64,000 nucleotides of DNA from Minisyncoccia bacterium (GTDB taxonomy: Bacteria; Patescibacteriota; Minisyncoccia; Phycocordibacterales; UBA918). The DNA is taken from contig JBKBPM010000001.1 in the NCBI GenBank assembly GCA_046293175.1, positions 511,847-575,846 of the forward strand, in the 5' to 3' direction. Each line of letters starts with the position of its first letter. Within the stretch, counting starts at the first letter, position 1. This document shows, piece after piece, positions 41,653 to 51,264 of this stretch. The translations under genes and the position numbers were made by a program. The notes under the pieces are model-generated. The model saw nothing but the letters and a program-made list of their open reading frames with translations, searched no databases and was not told the origin of the DNA.

Positions 41653-41944
41653 ACAACGATCTGACCAAAGTGAGGTGAAAGACATGAAACCGCCGAAGTA
41701 AGTTCTTCATCGCAGAATCCACGAGAAGTGCTCTGGGTAACTCTGCACTGTTCTACCAAGCAGCTTGACTGCACAAGATCTCAGAAGAGATCACATGACA
41801 GGGAGGGTATGGGTATGCATCACGCTATCCTACCCGACCGCCAATCCGCCTGCGGCCGCCAGCCGTGGGTTTTTCATTGATTCAATTTTGAAGTTAATTC
41901 AAGAAACAAAGTGGTGGTGCGCGGACAGTGCCATTAGGGATAGT

Positions 41945-42040
41945 GAGAAAAGCGTGGGACGCTTTTTGCAAGACTCATTGAGTGATTTTATGAGTGCGAA
42001 CGAAATAAAATAACCAATGAGTAGACAGCCTCTGTAGGAG
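41945..42040 (+). repeat. core A' repeat element
   Basis: GGGA-loop hairpin, then GCAAGACTCATTGAG...CCAATGAGTAGACAGCCTCTGTAGG. Confidence 0.6.
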
Positions 42041-42267
42041 GATTGCTCGCGAAAGTTCGCCATTGTCGGCCAGAAAGGCCTCTGTGGCTCACTTTACATA
42101 TATATTGTTTTCTGGTATATTCCCCGCACCGAAAGGTATTAATAGTTTCCTAGCGACACACGTTAACCCTGAGCTTATGGGTATGGCCGGTGAATAATTC
42201 TACGAATTTTTCACTTTGCGAAATGGTAGCTCAGACGCGTGTCGTCGGAATAAATAAGTAAGCATAA

Positions 42268-42385
42268 GACTTACAGAATCGAGACAGATTCGCGAAGTGA
42301 CGAAATTTCAAATGAGCCGTACTTTGCGGTACGGCGAGTGCCGAAATTGATGACACGACAAAGAAGCTGGCCGATTGTGGAAGTC
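42268..42385 (+). mobile_element. MITE-like element (core C) in the rpsA leader
   Basis: TIR GACTTACAGAATCG/CGATTGTGGAAGTC; centre GAGCCGTAC-n6-GTACGGCGAG. Confidence 0.6.
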
Positions 42386-42396
42386 GCTACAGTTAT

Positions 42397-43485
42397 ATGT
42401 CAGAAGTTATTGAAGTAAACAGCGTGATGAACAATCTCGCTGCCAACATTCCTCCGTCACCACAAGAAGGTGCGTTGGTAGAAGGTACCGTATCAGCCAT
42501 CGGTCGTGCTCGCGTTTATGTCGAGCTCGCACCATTTGGTACTGGTCTTATCTTTGGCCGTGAGTACATGAACGCTCGCGACATTCTCCGCAAAGTCTCG
42601 GTTGGAGACACCATCGCGGCAAAAGTGGTTGACGTCAACAACAAGGACGGCTACATCGAGCTCTCACTCAAGGAAGCTCGTCAGGCGCTCATCTGGGCTG
42701 ATGCGGAAGAAGCGGTGAAGAAGGGTACGGTTATGAGTCTCGAAGTGAAGGAGGCCAACAAGGGTGGTCTTATCATGGAATGGCAGGGTATCCAGGGCTT
42801 CCTCCCAGCGTCACAGCTTGGACCAGACAATTACCCACGCGTTGATAACGGCGACAAGGACAAGATCCTCATGGCGCTTAACTCACTCATTGGTAAGCAT
42901 CTCTCAGTGGTGATGATTACTGCAGATCAGAAGGAGCACAAGCTCATCTTCTCAGAAAAGGGTCACCAGGAACGTGAAGAGAAGGGCGAGAAGGTTGGCA
43001 AGTACGAAGTCGGTGATGTTCTCTCTGGAGAAGTTACCGGTGCGGTAGACTTCGGAGTCTTTGTGAAGATTGAACAGGGTCTTGAAGGACTCGTTCACAT
43101 CTCTGAACTTGATTGGGGTCTCGTTGAGAACACCCGCTCACTCTACAAGGTAGGTGACAAGGTCAAGGTCAAGGTGATTGAAGTGAAGGACGACAAGATT
43201 TCTCTCTCAATCAAGCAGCTCCGTGAAAACCCATGGACTGATGCCGCAAACAAGTTTGCCAAGGATCAGGTCGTACCAGGTGTTGTCATCAAGTACAACA
43301 AGCATGGAGCGCTTGCTTCTATCCAGGAAGGTGTAGCGGGTCTCGTCCACATCTCTGAATTCGAATCAGAAGAAAAGATGAAGGCTACGCTCTCACTTGG
43401 TGGAGTCTACAAGTTCAAGATTGCGCTCTTTGAGCCATCTGAACAGCGTATGACGCTTACATTTAAGGATGTAGCTCAGAGTTAA
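42397..43485 (+). CDS. rpsA: 30S ribosomal protein S1 (4 S1 domains)
   Basis: ANKGGL, GFLPASQL, FGVFV..GLEGLVHISEL motifs. Confidence 0.92.
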   Translation: MSEVIEVNSVMNNLAANIPPSPQEGALVEGTVSAIGRARVYVELAPFGTGLIFGREYMNARDILRKVSVGDTIAAKVVDVNNKDGYIELSLKEARQALIWADAEEAVKKGTVMSLEVKEANKGGLIMEWQGIQGFLPASQLGPDNYPRVDNGDKDKILMALNSLIGKHLSVVMITADQKEHKLIFSEKGHQEREEKGEKVGKYEVGDVLSGEVTGAVDFGVFVKIEQGLEGLVHISELDWGLVENTRSLYKVGDKVKVKVIEVKDDKISLSIKQLRENPWTDAANKFAKDQVVPGVVIKYNKHGALASIQEGVAGLVHISEFESEEKMKATLSLGGVYKFKIALFEPSEQRMTLTFKDVAQS

Positions 43486-43587
43486 GCAATTACTCTCGCG
43501 CAACAAAACCCCGCGCCTCTGGCGCGGGGTTTTGTTACACTTCGGAAAATCTATCTCAAACTACCTAAAATGAAGTAAAATAGTCTC

Positions 43588-45090
43588 ATGAAGAAAATCG
43601 AGGTCTATTATGACGGCGACTGTCCGATGTGTACGGCTTTTGCAGACAATCTCAATTCATCATCAAAATCTGATACATTTGACCTCAATAATATCCACGA
43701 AAATTCTCTAGCCGGCGTTACACTTGAAGACCTATCTAAAGAAATGTATGTAAAAGATACCGATGGCACATTGTACAAAAGTGCTGATGCTATTTTAAAA
43801 GTTATTGGCACGTTTCCGAAATGGCGGTGGGTCGAAAAACTAGGTCGCTTACCAATCATCAATGGAGGTTTGCATATTGGTTACAAGCTAGTATCACAAA
43901 ATCGCTATTACCTTTTTGGTGGTATGGGTCGCCTATTTTGGCTCAAGGCTGTTCTGGCGGTAGGTTTTATTGCCGGTCTCCTCTTATCGACAAAACTTTG
44001 GTTAACCGACAGAACCTACCCACTGACACCTGTACTTTCTAACCTGCCACAACCCATTTTCCCATTTGATTATATTTTGTATGGCAGTCTAATTGTATGT
44101 TTATTTTTTACAATTTTTCATAGAAATTTCAAACGATTCTTGATTGGATCAATCGTTTTGGTGGCTTTCCTTCTTTTCCTTGATCAGTCGCGGTTGCAAC
44201 CCTGGGTCTATCAGTACACAACGATGCTACTTGTGTTAAGTGTCTTTTCTTGGCAGGTTAACGACCGCAGAAGCGTACCGTATTTACTCAATATTAGTCG
44301 CTTCGTTGTCGCTACTATTTATTTTTACAGTGGTCTACAGAAACTAAATCCTGAATTTATCGTTTTGACCTTTCCCTGGATGATGCAGCCTATAACTCAC
44401 CAACTTTCACTAACTTCGAGCGATGTCATACTGATGGGAATTACTGTCCCTATTATTGAAATGCTTATTGGACTCGCTTTACTAACTTGCCGATTTAGAA
44501 ATTACGGAATTTTCTTAGCTACTATGATGTGTCTATTTGTCCTTACTACACTTGGGCCAACTGGACATCATTGGAATACTGTCGTCTGGCCTTGGAATAT
44601 AGCTCTTCTCATCATGGTTTTTGTGCTATTTTACCGCACCCAACAATTATCATTGCTTAACTTACTAAGCATTATAAAACAGCCGCTCGGCATCACTACC
44701 ATTATTATATTTGGCATTATGCCCATGACATACTTTTTCCACATTTGGGACTCATACCCTTCTTGGTCTCTCTATTCTGGAACCACTAATCTAGCGAAAA
44801 TAGTACTGCCTGATGAAATGGTTGGTCGTCTACCTGCAGATATCCAAATGCTTATTGTTTTGTCACCAGAAGATAAAGCGACACTCTCTATATCTGATTG
44901 GTCATATCATGAATTAAAAGTTCCTCCCTATCCAGAAACACGTATTTACAATAATATTGGGCATCATTTCTGCACAAAATATGCCCCTGGCGATGTAGAT
45001 GTGTCAATTGTTATGCGAGGTAGAACGGGATGGACTCATGTTGCAGGTAAGAGTACATCCACTTGCCAACAATACTCAAAAGCACCCTAA
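43588..45090 (+). CDS. DCC1-like (DUF393) thiol-disulfide oxidoreductase fused to a polytopic membrane domain
   Basis: YYDGDCPMC...GYKLVSQNRY; C-terminal DQSRLQPW, IYFYSGLQKLN, WNTVVWPWN. Confidence 0.7.
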   Translation: MKKIEVYYDGDCPMCTAFADNLNSSSKSDTFDLNNIHENSLAGVTLEDLSKEMYVKDTDGTLYKSADAILKVIGTFPKWRWVEKLGRLPIINGGLHIGYKLVSQNRYYLFGGMGRLFWLKAVLAVGFIAGLLLSTKLWLTDRTYPLTPVLSNLPQPIFPFDYILYGSLIVCLFFTIFHRNFKRFLIGSIVLVAFLLFLDQSRLQPWVYQYTTMLLVLSVFSWQVNDRRSVPYLLNISRFVVATIYFYSGLQKLNPEFIVLTFPWMMQPITHQLSLTSSDVILMGITVPIIEMLIGLALLTCRFRNYGIFLATMMCLFVLTTLGPTGHHWNTVVWPWNIALLIMVFVLFYRTQQLSLLNLLSIIKQPLGITTIIIFGIMPMTYFFHIWDSYPSWSLYSGTTNLAKIVLPDEMVGRLPADIQMLIVLSPEDKATLSISDWSYHELKVPPYPETRIYNNIGHHFCTKYAPGDVDVSIVMRGRTGWTHVAGKSTSTCQQYSKAP

Positions 45091-45115
45091 CATACCTGGG
45101 TGGCGGCAAATTGTT

Positions 45116-45700
45116 TTAGTTGTACTTATTCATCGCGCGCTCCTTCCCTTCGGTCACCAAGGAGACAATCGCCTCGACTACTACTGGGTAGAGTGCGGTA
45201 TAGATTTCGTTTTCTTCAAGACTGATTTTGCCAAGGACGTATTGCGCGAGTTCCTCACTCGTTGGCCGTATCGCCTGCCCGGTCTCACTGCCACGGGCAG
45301 CCACCCCAATCCGGACTCGTATAAAGTCCTTTGTGCCAAGTGTTTCAATAATTGACGTCACCCCATTGTGACCACCCGCACCATTGCCAAACGAAATCTT
45401 AAAATCCCCTGCCGGCAAATCCACATCGTCATAAATGACAATGAGTTGGTTGTGCTCACCTTTTTTGACGAGCTTTTTGACCGCATCCCCCGATTTATTC
45501 ATAAAGGTCTCGGGATAGAGTACCGTGACAGCTGTCTCGCCGATAGTTCCTTCACTAATCCGACCAAGATACTTTTTACTCGGCGTCGCCTCAGGCATAT
45601 CAAACGCAGTGAGAAGTACGTCACAGACGAGCCACCCGATATTGTGGCGAGTGTGCTGGTACTTTGCTCCTGGATTCCCGAGTCCAACGATGTAGAACAT
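45116..45700 (-). CDS. pth: peptidyl-tRNA hydrolase
   Basis: VGLGNPG, TRHNIG, TFMNKSG, GGHNG, RVRIGV motifs. Confidence 0.96.
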   Translation of the reverse strand: MFYIVGLGNPGAKYQHTRHNIGWLVCDVLLTAFDMPEATPSKKYLGRISEGTIGETAVTVLYPETFMNKSGDAVKKLVKKGEHNQLIVIYDDVDLPAGDFKISFGNGAGGHNGVTSIIETLGTKDFIRVRIGVAARGSETGQAIRPTSEELAQYVLGKISLEENEIYTALYPVVVEAIVSLVTEGKERAMNKYN

Positions 45701-45811
45701 ACAAGAAATTGTATCATGTCATCTTATAAAATTTTTATTGACTCATTCCATTTTTAAAAAATTTGTTTTTCATTTTTGTATCGAGTATAATGATGCACAT
45801 CATTCACCACC

Positions 45812-46447
45812 ATGTCATTGTTCTCTCGTACACCAGCCCCTCACGTTATCACTACTCCTGAAGATGCGGTTGTGATTCCGCCTCAGAGCGAACATCCACT
45901 GATTGAAATCTTTCGCTTTACTCTCATTGCACTGATTATCGTCATTCCAATCCGACTTTTTGTTGCTCAACCATTTATCGTCTCCGGTGCATCGATGGAA
46001 GACACCTTCCAAAGTGGTCAGTATCTCATCGTTGATCAGGTCAGCTACAAATTCCACCAACCAAATCGAGGTGACGTCATTGTGTTCCGCTACCCGAAGG
46101 ACCCATCAAAGTTCTTTATTAAACGGGTAATTGGTCTGCCCGGTGATACGGTCAAAATTACCGGCAGTACCGTTACCATCAAAAATGAAGCCAATCCAGA
46201 TGGTTTTGTACTCGATGAGCCCTACATCAAGAGTATGCGCAATGTCAGTGATATGACCGAAGAGCTTGGTGAACGCGAGTACTTCGTCATGGGCGACAAT
46301 CGCGATCAGAGCTCAGATTCCCGCGTTTGGGGTGTCCTTCAGGAAGAACGCATTATTGGTCGGGCTTATGTTCGCCTCTTCCCACCAAATACCTTTGATT
46401 ATCTGCCTGGCGAAGCCCGGTATGAAGCCGTTACTAGCACACCATAA
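45812..46447 (+). CDS. lepB: signal peptidase I
   Basis: SGASM, FIKRVIGLPGD, MGDNR..S.DSR motifs. Confidence 0.95.
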   Translation: MSLFSRTPAPHVITTPEDAVVIPPQSEHPLIEIFRFTLIALIIVIPIRLFVAQPFIVSGASMEDTFQSGQYLIVDQVSYKFHQPNRGDVIVFRYPKDPSKFFIKRVIGLPGDTVKITGSTVTIKNEANPDGFVLDEPYIKSMRNVSDMTEELGEREYFVMGDNRDQSSDSRVWGVLQEERIIGRAYVRLFPPNTFDYLPGEARYEAVTSTP

Positions 46448-46458
46448 CATAGACACGT

Positions 46459-47628
46459 ATGCGCATCACTCATAGTCCAACCGAGTTTTTGAAAATCGCT
46501 GCTGAGACCGCTGAACATTTTGGATTTAAAACGATTGAAGCGCTGCGCCAAGATCCAGCCTGTATCAACTGCACCGTGCCGCTTTCGCATACCATGAGTG
46601 ATGCTGACCATGGACTCGACGCGGTAAACGGTCATCTCTCACGTGCTGTCCTCACCTACTGTGAGGCTGGGCTACATGCGTTTGGTAAGCCAGTATTTCT
46701 CTATAGCGTTGATGTCACGACCGATCCGAACGAAACCGCTGTCTCTTTCCATATCTTTAATGTCGACAAGAGTATTGCCGAAGCTATCCTTATCGAGACT
46801 ACCAAGGCCCTTGCGAGTGAACTCGGTCACACCGACCAGGTGGTGCGTATAAATACTCTTGGCGACACCGAATCAATCACCCGTTATAGTCGTGAACTGA
46901 CCAACTTCCTTCGTAAGCGGGTTGATCTCATGCCCGTCGCTGCTCGTGAGCATATGAAGACCCATGCCATGCTTGCGCTGCAGAGCCTCATCGAAGAAAA
47001 CCATGATTTGGCATACAAGACACCAAATCCACTTGAATATCTTAGTGACCAAAGTCGCAAACACTTCCGTGACATCATCGAGTACCTCGATATGTCTGAA
47101 ACCGCCTACGAAATCGATCCGAAGATGCTCGGTCACCACGAGTACTACAGTGACGCTCTCTTCTCAATTGATAGTAGCAATGAAATTGAAGGGGCTCCGT
47201 TTATCATCCGTGGTGGACGGTTTGATACCTTCCTCGAACGAAAGACGAAGCGTAAGACTGGTGGCGTAGGGGCCGTTGCTATCCTCCGTGAACGACCAGC
47301 GCCAAGCCGTATCCCCCGTGCAAAAATCGAAACTCCAAGTACCTACATCATCCAGCTCGGTTTTGGACCAAAGGTACGTAGTCTCATGATCATCAACGAG
47401 CTACGTCGCGCTGGTATCTCTATTATGCAGGACCTCGCGAATGATTCCCTCTCCGCCCAGCTCCGTGACGCTGAAGCCCGAGGGGTGAAGCATGTCATCA
47501 TTATCGGGCAAAAGGAGTTCGTGGATGGTACGGTCATTCTCCGCGATATGGACGCTCGCAAGCAAGAGGCTATTCCACTTGATGCCCTCGCGAAGCGCCT
47601 GAAGCGCGTCCAGCCAGTTAATGTCTAA
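46459..47628 (+). CDS. degenerate histidyl-tRNA-synthetase-like protein with anticodon-binding domain
   Basis: HisRS-like INTLG, YY, GGRFD and C-terminal anticodon domain; class II motif 2 not recognisable. Confidence 0.7.
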   Translation: MRITHSPTEFLKIAAETAEHFGFKTIEALRQDPACINCTVPLSHTMSDADHGLDAVNGHLSRAVLTYCEAGLHAFGKPVFLYSVDVTTDPNETAVSFHIFNVDKSIAEAILIETTKALASELGHTDQVVRINTLGDTESITRYSRELTNFLRKRVDLMPVAAREHMKTHAMLALQSLIEENHDLAYKTPNPLEYLSDQSRKHFRDIIEYLDMSETAYEIDPKMLGHHEYYSDALFSIDSSNEIEGAPFIIRGGRFDTFLERKTKRKTGGVGAVAILRERPAPSRIPRAKIETPSTYIIQLGFGPKVRSLMIINELRRAGISIMQDLANDSLSAQLRDAEARGVKHVIIIGQKEFVDGTVILRDMDARKQEAIPLDALAKRLKRVQPVNV

Positions 47629-47731
47629 GAGATTGGAAGTGTTGGGGGGTCGACATGTACGTGTCGGGTTTGTATATATAACGATAAAACCTTGCAGTAT
47701 AAAGCGTACTATGGTATTCTATCGCCCACAT

Positions 47732-47980
47732 ATGGCAACAAACGTAGCAGTCACTAAGAATAACAACGAAAGTAGCGCAAACGTCATCCGACGCTTCCAA
47801 AAGCGTGTTCAGGGGGCCGGTATTATCCAGAAAGTTCGCGGTGGTCGGTATCATACTCGTATTAAGAGTCGCAACGTTCAAAAAATCGCACGTCTCAAGA
47901 AGCTGGTGAAAAAAGAAACCTACGAAGAGCTCTTGAAGCTTGGCAAGGTCCAGGAACGCACACGCGGTCGCCGCAGCTAA
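47732..47980 (+). CDS. rpsU: 30S ribosomal protein bS21-like
   Basis: V....NES...IRRF.KRVQ.AGI; basic 82-aa protein. Confidence 0.65.
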   Translation: MATNVAVTKNNNESSANVIRRFQKRVQGAGIIQKVRGGRYHTRIKSRNVQKIARLKKLVKKETYEELLKLGKVQERTRGRRS

Positions 47981-48077
47981 CAAAAAAGCACCACTTCCTA
48001 AAGGATGTGGTGCTTTTTTATGACTCACAGGACTGGCCTTATAAAAGCCACAAAAAAATGGCATACTACACATATCT

Positions 48078-48458
48078 ATGTCTACGTTTGCGATTGCGAG
48101 CACAGTAAAGTCGTACCCGACGTTTCAGTACGAAACGATGAAAAACGATATCTTAGGAAAGCGTTACGACCTCTCGCTCCAGTTCGTCGGACCCACACGC
48201 GCTACGAAATTAAATCAGACCTATCGCCAGAAGTCCTACACCCCAAACGTCCTCTCCTTCCCGCTCACCGATGATACGGGTGAGATCTTCATCTGCCCCC
48301 AGGTAGCTGTCAAAGAGGCAGCCAAGTACAACCTCTCAAAGAGTGGTTACGTTGCCTACCTCTTTATCCATGGTCTCCTTCATCTCAAAGGATTGGATCA
48401 TGGTGACGAGATGGACAAACAAGAAAAGCGTTACCTCCGTAAGTACGACATCGCCTAA
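48078..48458 (+). CDS. ybeY: rRNA maturation RNase YbeY
   Basis: LNQTYR, NVLSF, GEIFIC, HGLLHLKGLDH motifs. Confidence 0.92.
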   Translation: MSTFAIASTVKSYPTFQYETMKNDILGKRYDLSLQFVGPTRATKLNQTYRQKSYTPNVLSFPLTDDTGEIFICPQVAVKEAAKYNLSKSGYVAYLFIHGLLHLKGLDHGDEMDKQEKRYLRKYDIA

Positions 48459-48461
48459 ATT

Positions 48462-49631
48462 ATGTCTGAGTATATTATCACCGGTATTGATGTAGGAACC
48501 TTCCAGGTGAAGGTGGCGATTGTGCGTGTACCAAAAATTAAAGGTGGCCGCGGCCTCCCGCAGATTATTGGGACCGGCTTTGCCGAGAGTCGCGGACTTC
48601 GTAACGGCTACATAATCAGCGAGACTGATGTCGTCCGTAGTATCCGCAGTGCAGTCGCAGAGGCTGAGAAGGTCGCTGGTGTCGAGGTAAAACGTGCCTA
48701 CGTCTCTATTGGTTCGATTGGTCTTGATGAAGTGGTCTCAACCGGTGAAGTCATTACCTCACGAGCTGACTCCGAGATTACGAGCATCGATATCGAGAAA
48801 GCCCAACAAGACAGTGAGGACCGGATTATCGACCATATCCCCAATCGCAAAATTATCCACGCCATTCCCTTACGCTACCGCATTGATGGTGAGCTCGTCC
48901 TCGGCAAACCACAAGGCATGCGCGGCACCAAGCTTGAAGTAGACACGCTCTTTATCACGACTTTTGAACAACACTTGAACGACCTCATCGGTGCGGTTGA
49001 GCGCACCGGTATCTACGTCGAAGATGTGATGGCCTCACCACTGGCCGCCTCATTTGTAATCCTTTCAAAGGCCCAGCGTCGTGCTGGTTGTATCCTCGCA
49101 AATATCGGTGCCGAGACCGTCTCAACCGTCGTTTTCGAAGATATGACCCCAGTCTCCCTCAAGGTCTTTCCAATTGGTGCAAACGATATCACCAACGATA
49201 TCGCGCTCGGTCTTCGTATCCCTCTTGAAGAAGCAGAAAAGATTAAGCGTGGTGGCATGACGGCAACTACCATCCCGAAGAAGAAGCTTGAGGAAATCAT
49301 CAACGCTCGCCTTGGTGACATCTTTGAACTGATTAGCCTTCACCTCAAGAAAATCAAAAAGGATGGACTTCTTCCTGCTGGTATCATCCTCACCGGTGGT
49401 GGTGCAACAACTGTCGGTATCCAAGATCTCGCCCGTAATACCCTCAACCTCCCTGCCCGTATTGCCACCCTCGAGTTCGGTAAGAACACTAAAGTCCGTG
49501 ATGCCTCCTGGGCGGTTGCCTATGGCCTTTGTATGCTCGGCGCCAGTGATGGTGAAGAGACGACAGCGATTGGTGTAGTGAAGCAGACCAAACGCACTAT
49601 TCTCGACTGGCTCTCTCAATTCCTGCCCTAG
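48462..49631 (+). CDS. ftsA: cell division protein FtsA
   Basis: GIDVGT, NIGAET, ITNDIA, AEKIK, LTGGG motifs. Confidence 0.94.
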   Translation: MSEYIITGIDVGTFQVKVAIVRVPKIKGGRGLPQIIGTGFAESRGLRNGYIISETDVVRSIRSAVAEAEKVAGVEVKRAYVSIGSIGLDEVVSTGEVITSRADSEITSIDIEKAQQDSEDRIIDHIPNRKIIHAIPLRYRIDGELVLGKPQGMRGTKLEVDTLFITTFEQHLNDLIGAVERTGIYVEDVMASPLAASFVILSKAQRRAGCILANIGAETVSTVVFEDMTPVSLKVFPIGANDITNDIALGLRIPLEEAEKIKRGGMTATTIPKKKLEEIINARLGDIFELISLHLKKIKKDGLLPAGIILTGGGATTVGIQDLARNTLNLPARIATLEFGKNTKVRDASWAVAYGLCMLGASDGEETTAIGVVKQTKRTILDWLSQFLP

Positions 49632-50007
49632 AACCAATGAATTGACCTCATTTTCTTTGTTGTCTTTAACAAAGAACTGTTCACCATACAAAAAAGTACG
49701 ACTCACACCTCTATGTCTCGACGCCTCGAATCTGAGACCACTCATTAATTCAAGTTACAACATGAAAATTTTTAGTGATTTTTTATTTCTCTAGATTTAC
49801 TTTTATAAACAAACTGAAATAATCGTTTTAAAATAACAAAATTTTGTTTTAGTCAAAAACACGAAAGTCAGAATAGTCAATATAGTGACAGGTAGTTTTA
49901 TTCCCTGTATGATGGTGACACCTAGAGGAAAACGTGCGTTAGACACCAATCCTTCTGCGGTATCGTTTGGTTATTTTTATTAGGAAGTTAGTCGCAACTT
50001 ATTATTT

Positions 50008-51264
50008 ATGGAACAAATTAAAACAGACGTAGAGTCATTCGCCCGCATTCGGGTAGTTGGTGTTGGCGGTTCAGGTGGCAACGCGGTGAACTACATGGTT
50101 GGTGCAAAAGTAAAGGGCGTCGAATTTATTGCTATCAATAGTGACGCACAAGATTTGCATCACTCACTCGCCAAGCGCAAGATTCACGTCGGGAAGAATC
50201 TCACCCGCGGTCTTGGTGCTGGTGGTAACCCAGACATGGGACGCCGTGCTGCCGAAGAAACGCGTGAAGAGATCGCCAACGCCATCAAAGGTTCAGACAT
50301 GATCTTTGTGACCTGTGGTATGGGAGGTGGTACCGGCACTGGTGCTGCTCCGGTGGTTGCGAAGATTGCTCGCGAGAGTGGCGCGCTCACTGTTGGTGTG
50401 GTCACGAAGCCCTTCCTCTTCGAAGGACAAGAACGCATGCGACTTGCGCTCCAGGGTATCGAAGAACTGAAGAAAGAAGTAGACGCACTCATCACCATTC
50501 CAAACGACCGCCTCCTCGCTATTGTCGACAAAGAGACTACTGTTCGTGGTGCCTTTGAACAGTGTGACAACGTCCTTAAGCAAGCCGTAGAAGGTATCTC
50601 AGACCTTATCACCCTTCCTGGTATCATCAACGTCGACTTTGCGGACATCCGGAGTGTCATGGAGAACGCCGGATCAGCACTCATGGGTGTTGGTGTCTCA
50701 GCTGGTGAAAAACGTGCTGAAGAAGCTGCTCGCGGTGCTATCAACTCACCACTCCTTGAAGTCTCTATTACGGGAGCGAAGGGTGTCCTCTTTGCTATTG
50801 CTGGCGGCGACGACCTCGGTATGCTCGAAATCCAGGATGCTGCTCGGGTTATCACGGAATCAATTGACCCACATGCCAAGGTTATCTTTGGTGCGATTAA
50901 GGATGATAAGCTCAAGAAGAACGAAGTGAAAGTAACGGTGATCGCCACCGGCTTTCCCGAAGAAAATGGCATTCACCACAGCTCACCAATTGCACGCCGA
51001 GCTCCAGTAGCTGAACCTTCACCAATGGTTATCGAAACCGAAGAGCCAGTGACCGAACCAGTACGTGGTCGTATCTTCAATTCGCTAACAAACCCACGTC
51101 GCATGGAAGTCGAAGAAGCTCCGGCCCCAAAAGTGGACAATACGCCAGAATCAAAACCTGAGCTCCCCCGCCGCGAACCAAAACCCGTCGACCCAGTAGA
51201 TGAAGATGATGAAGATGATTGGGGGGCTGTGCCTGCATTTCTGCGGCGAAGCAAGCTGAAATAG
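50008..51264 (+). CDS. ftsZ: cell division protein FtsZ
   Basis: [26 protein letters not shown]-terminal VPAFLRR. Confidence 0.98.
   Translation: MEQIKTDVESFARIRVVGVGGSGGNAVNYMVGAKVKGVEFIAINSDAQDLHHSLAKRKIHVGKNLTRGLGAGGNPDMGRRAAEETREEIANAIKGSDMIFVTCGMGGGTGTGAAPVVAKIARESGALTVGVVTKPFLFEGQERMRLALQGIEELKKEVDALITIPNDRLLAIVDKETTVRGAFEQCDNVLKQAVEGISDLITLPGIINVDFADIRSVMENAGSALMGVGVSAGEKRAEEAARGAINSPLLEVSITGAKGVLFAIAGGDDLGMLEIQDAARVITESIDPHAKVIFGAIKDDKLKKNEVKVTVIATGFPEENGIHHSSPIARRAPVAEPSPMVIETEEPVTEPVRGRIFNSLTNPRRMEVEEAPAPKVDNTPESKPELPRREPKPVDPVDEDDEDDWGAVPAFLRRSKLK

Noticed and set aside
49632-50007. AT-rich 375-bp gap between ftsA and ftsZ
   Set aside because: No convincing ORF, repeat or stable structure; probably a promoter region.
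50184-50972. Long antisense ORFs (e.g. 50184-50972, 31827-32858, 30577-31302, 38246-38869)
   Set aside because: They are shadows of well-supported genes on the opposite strand and carry no motifs.
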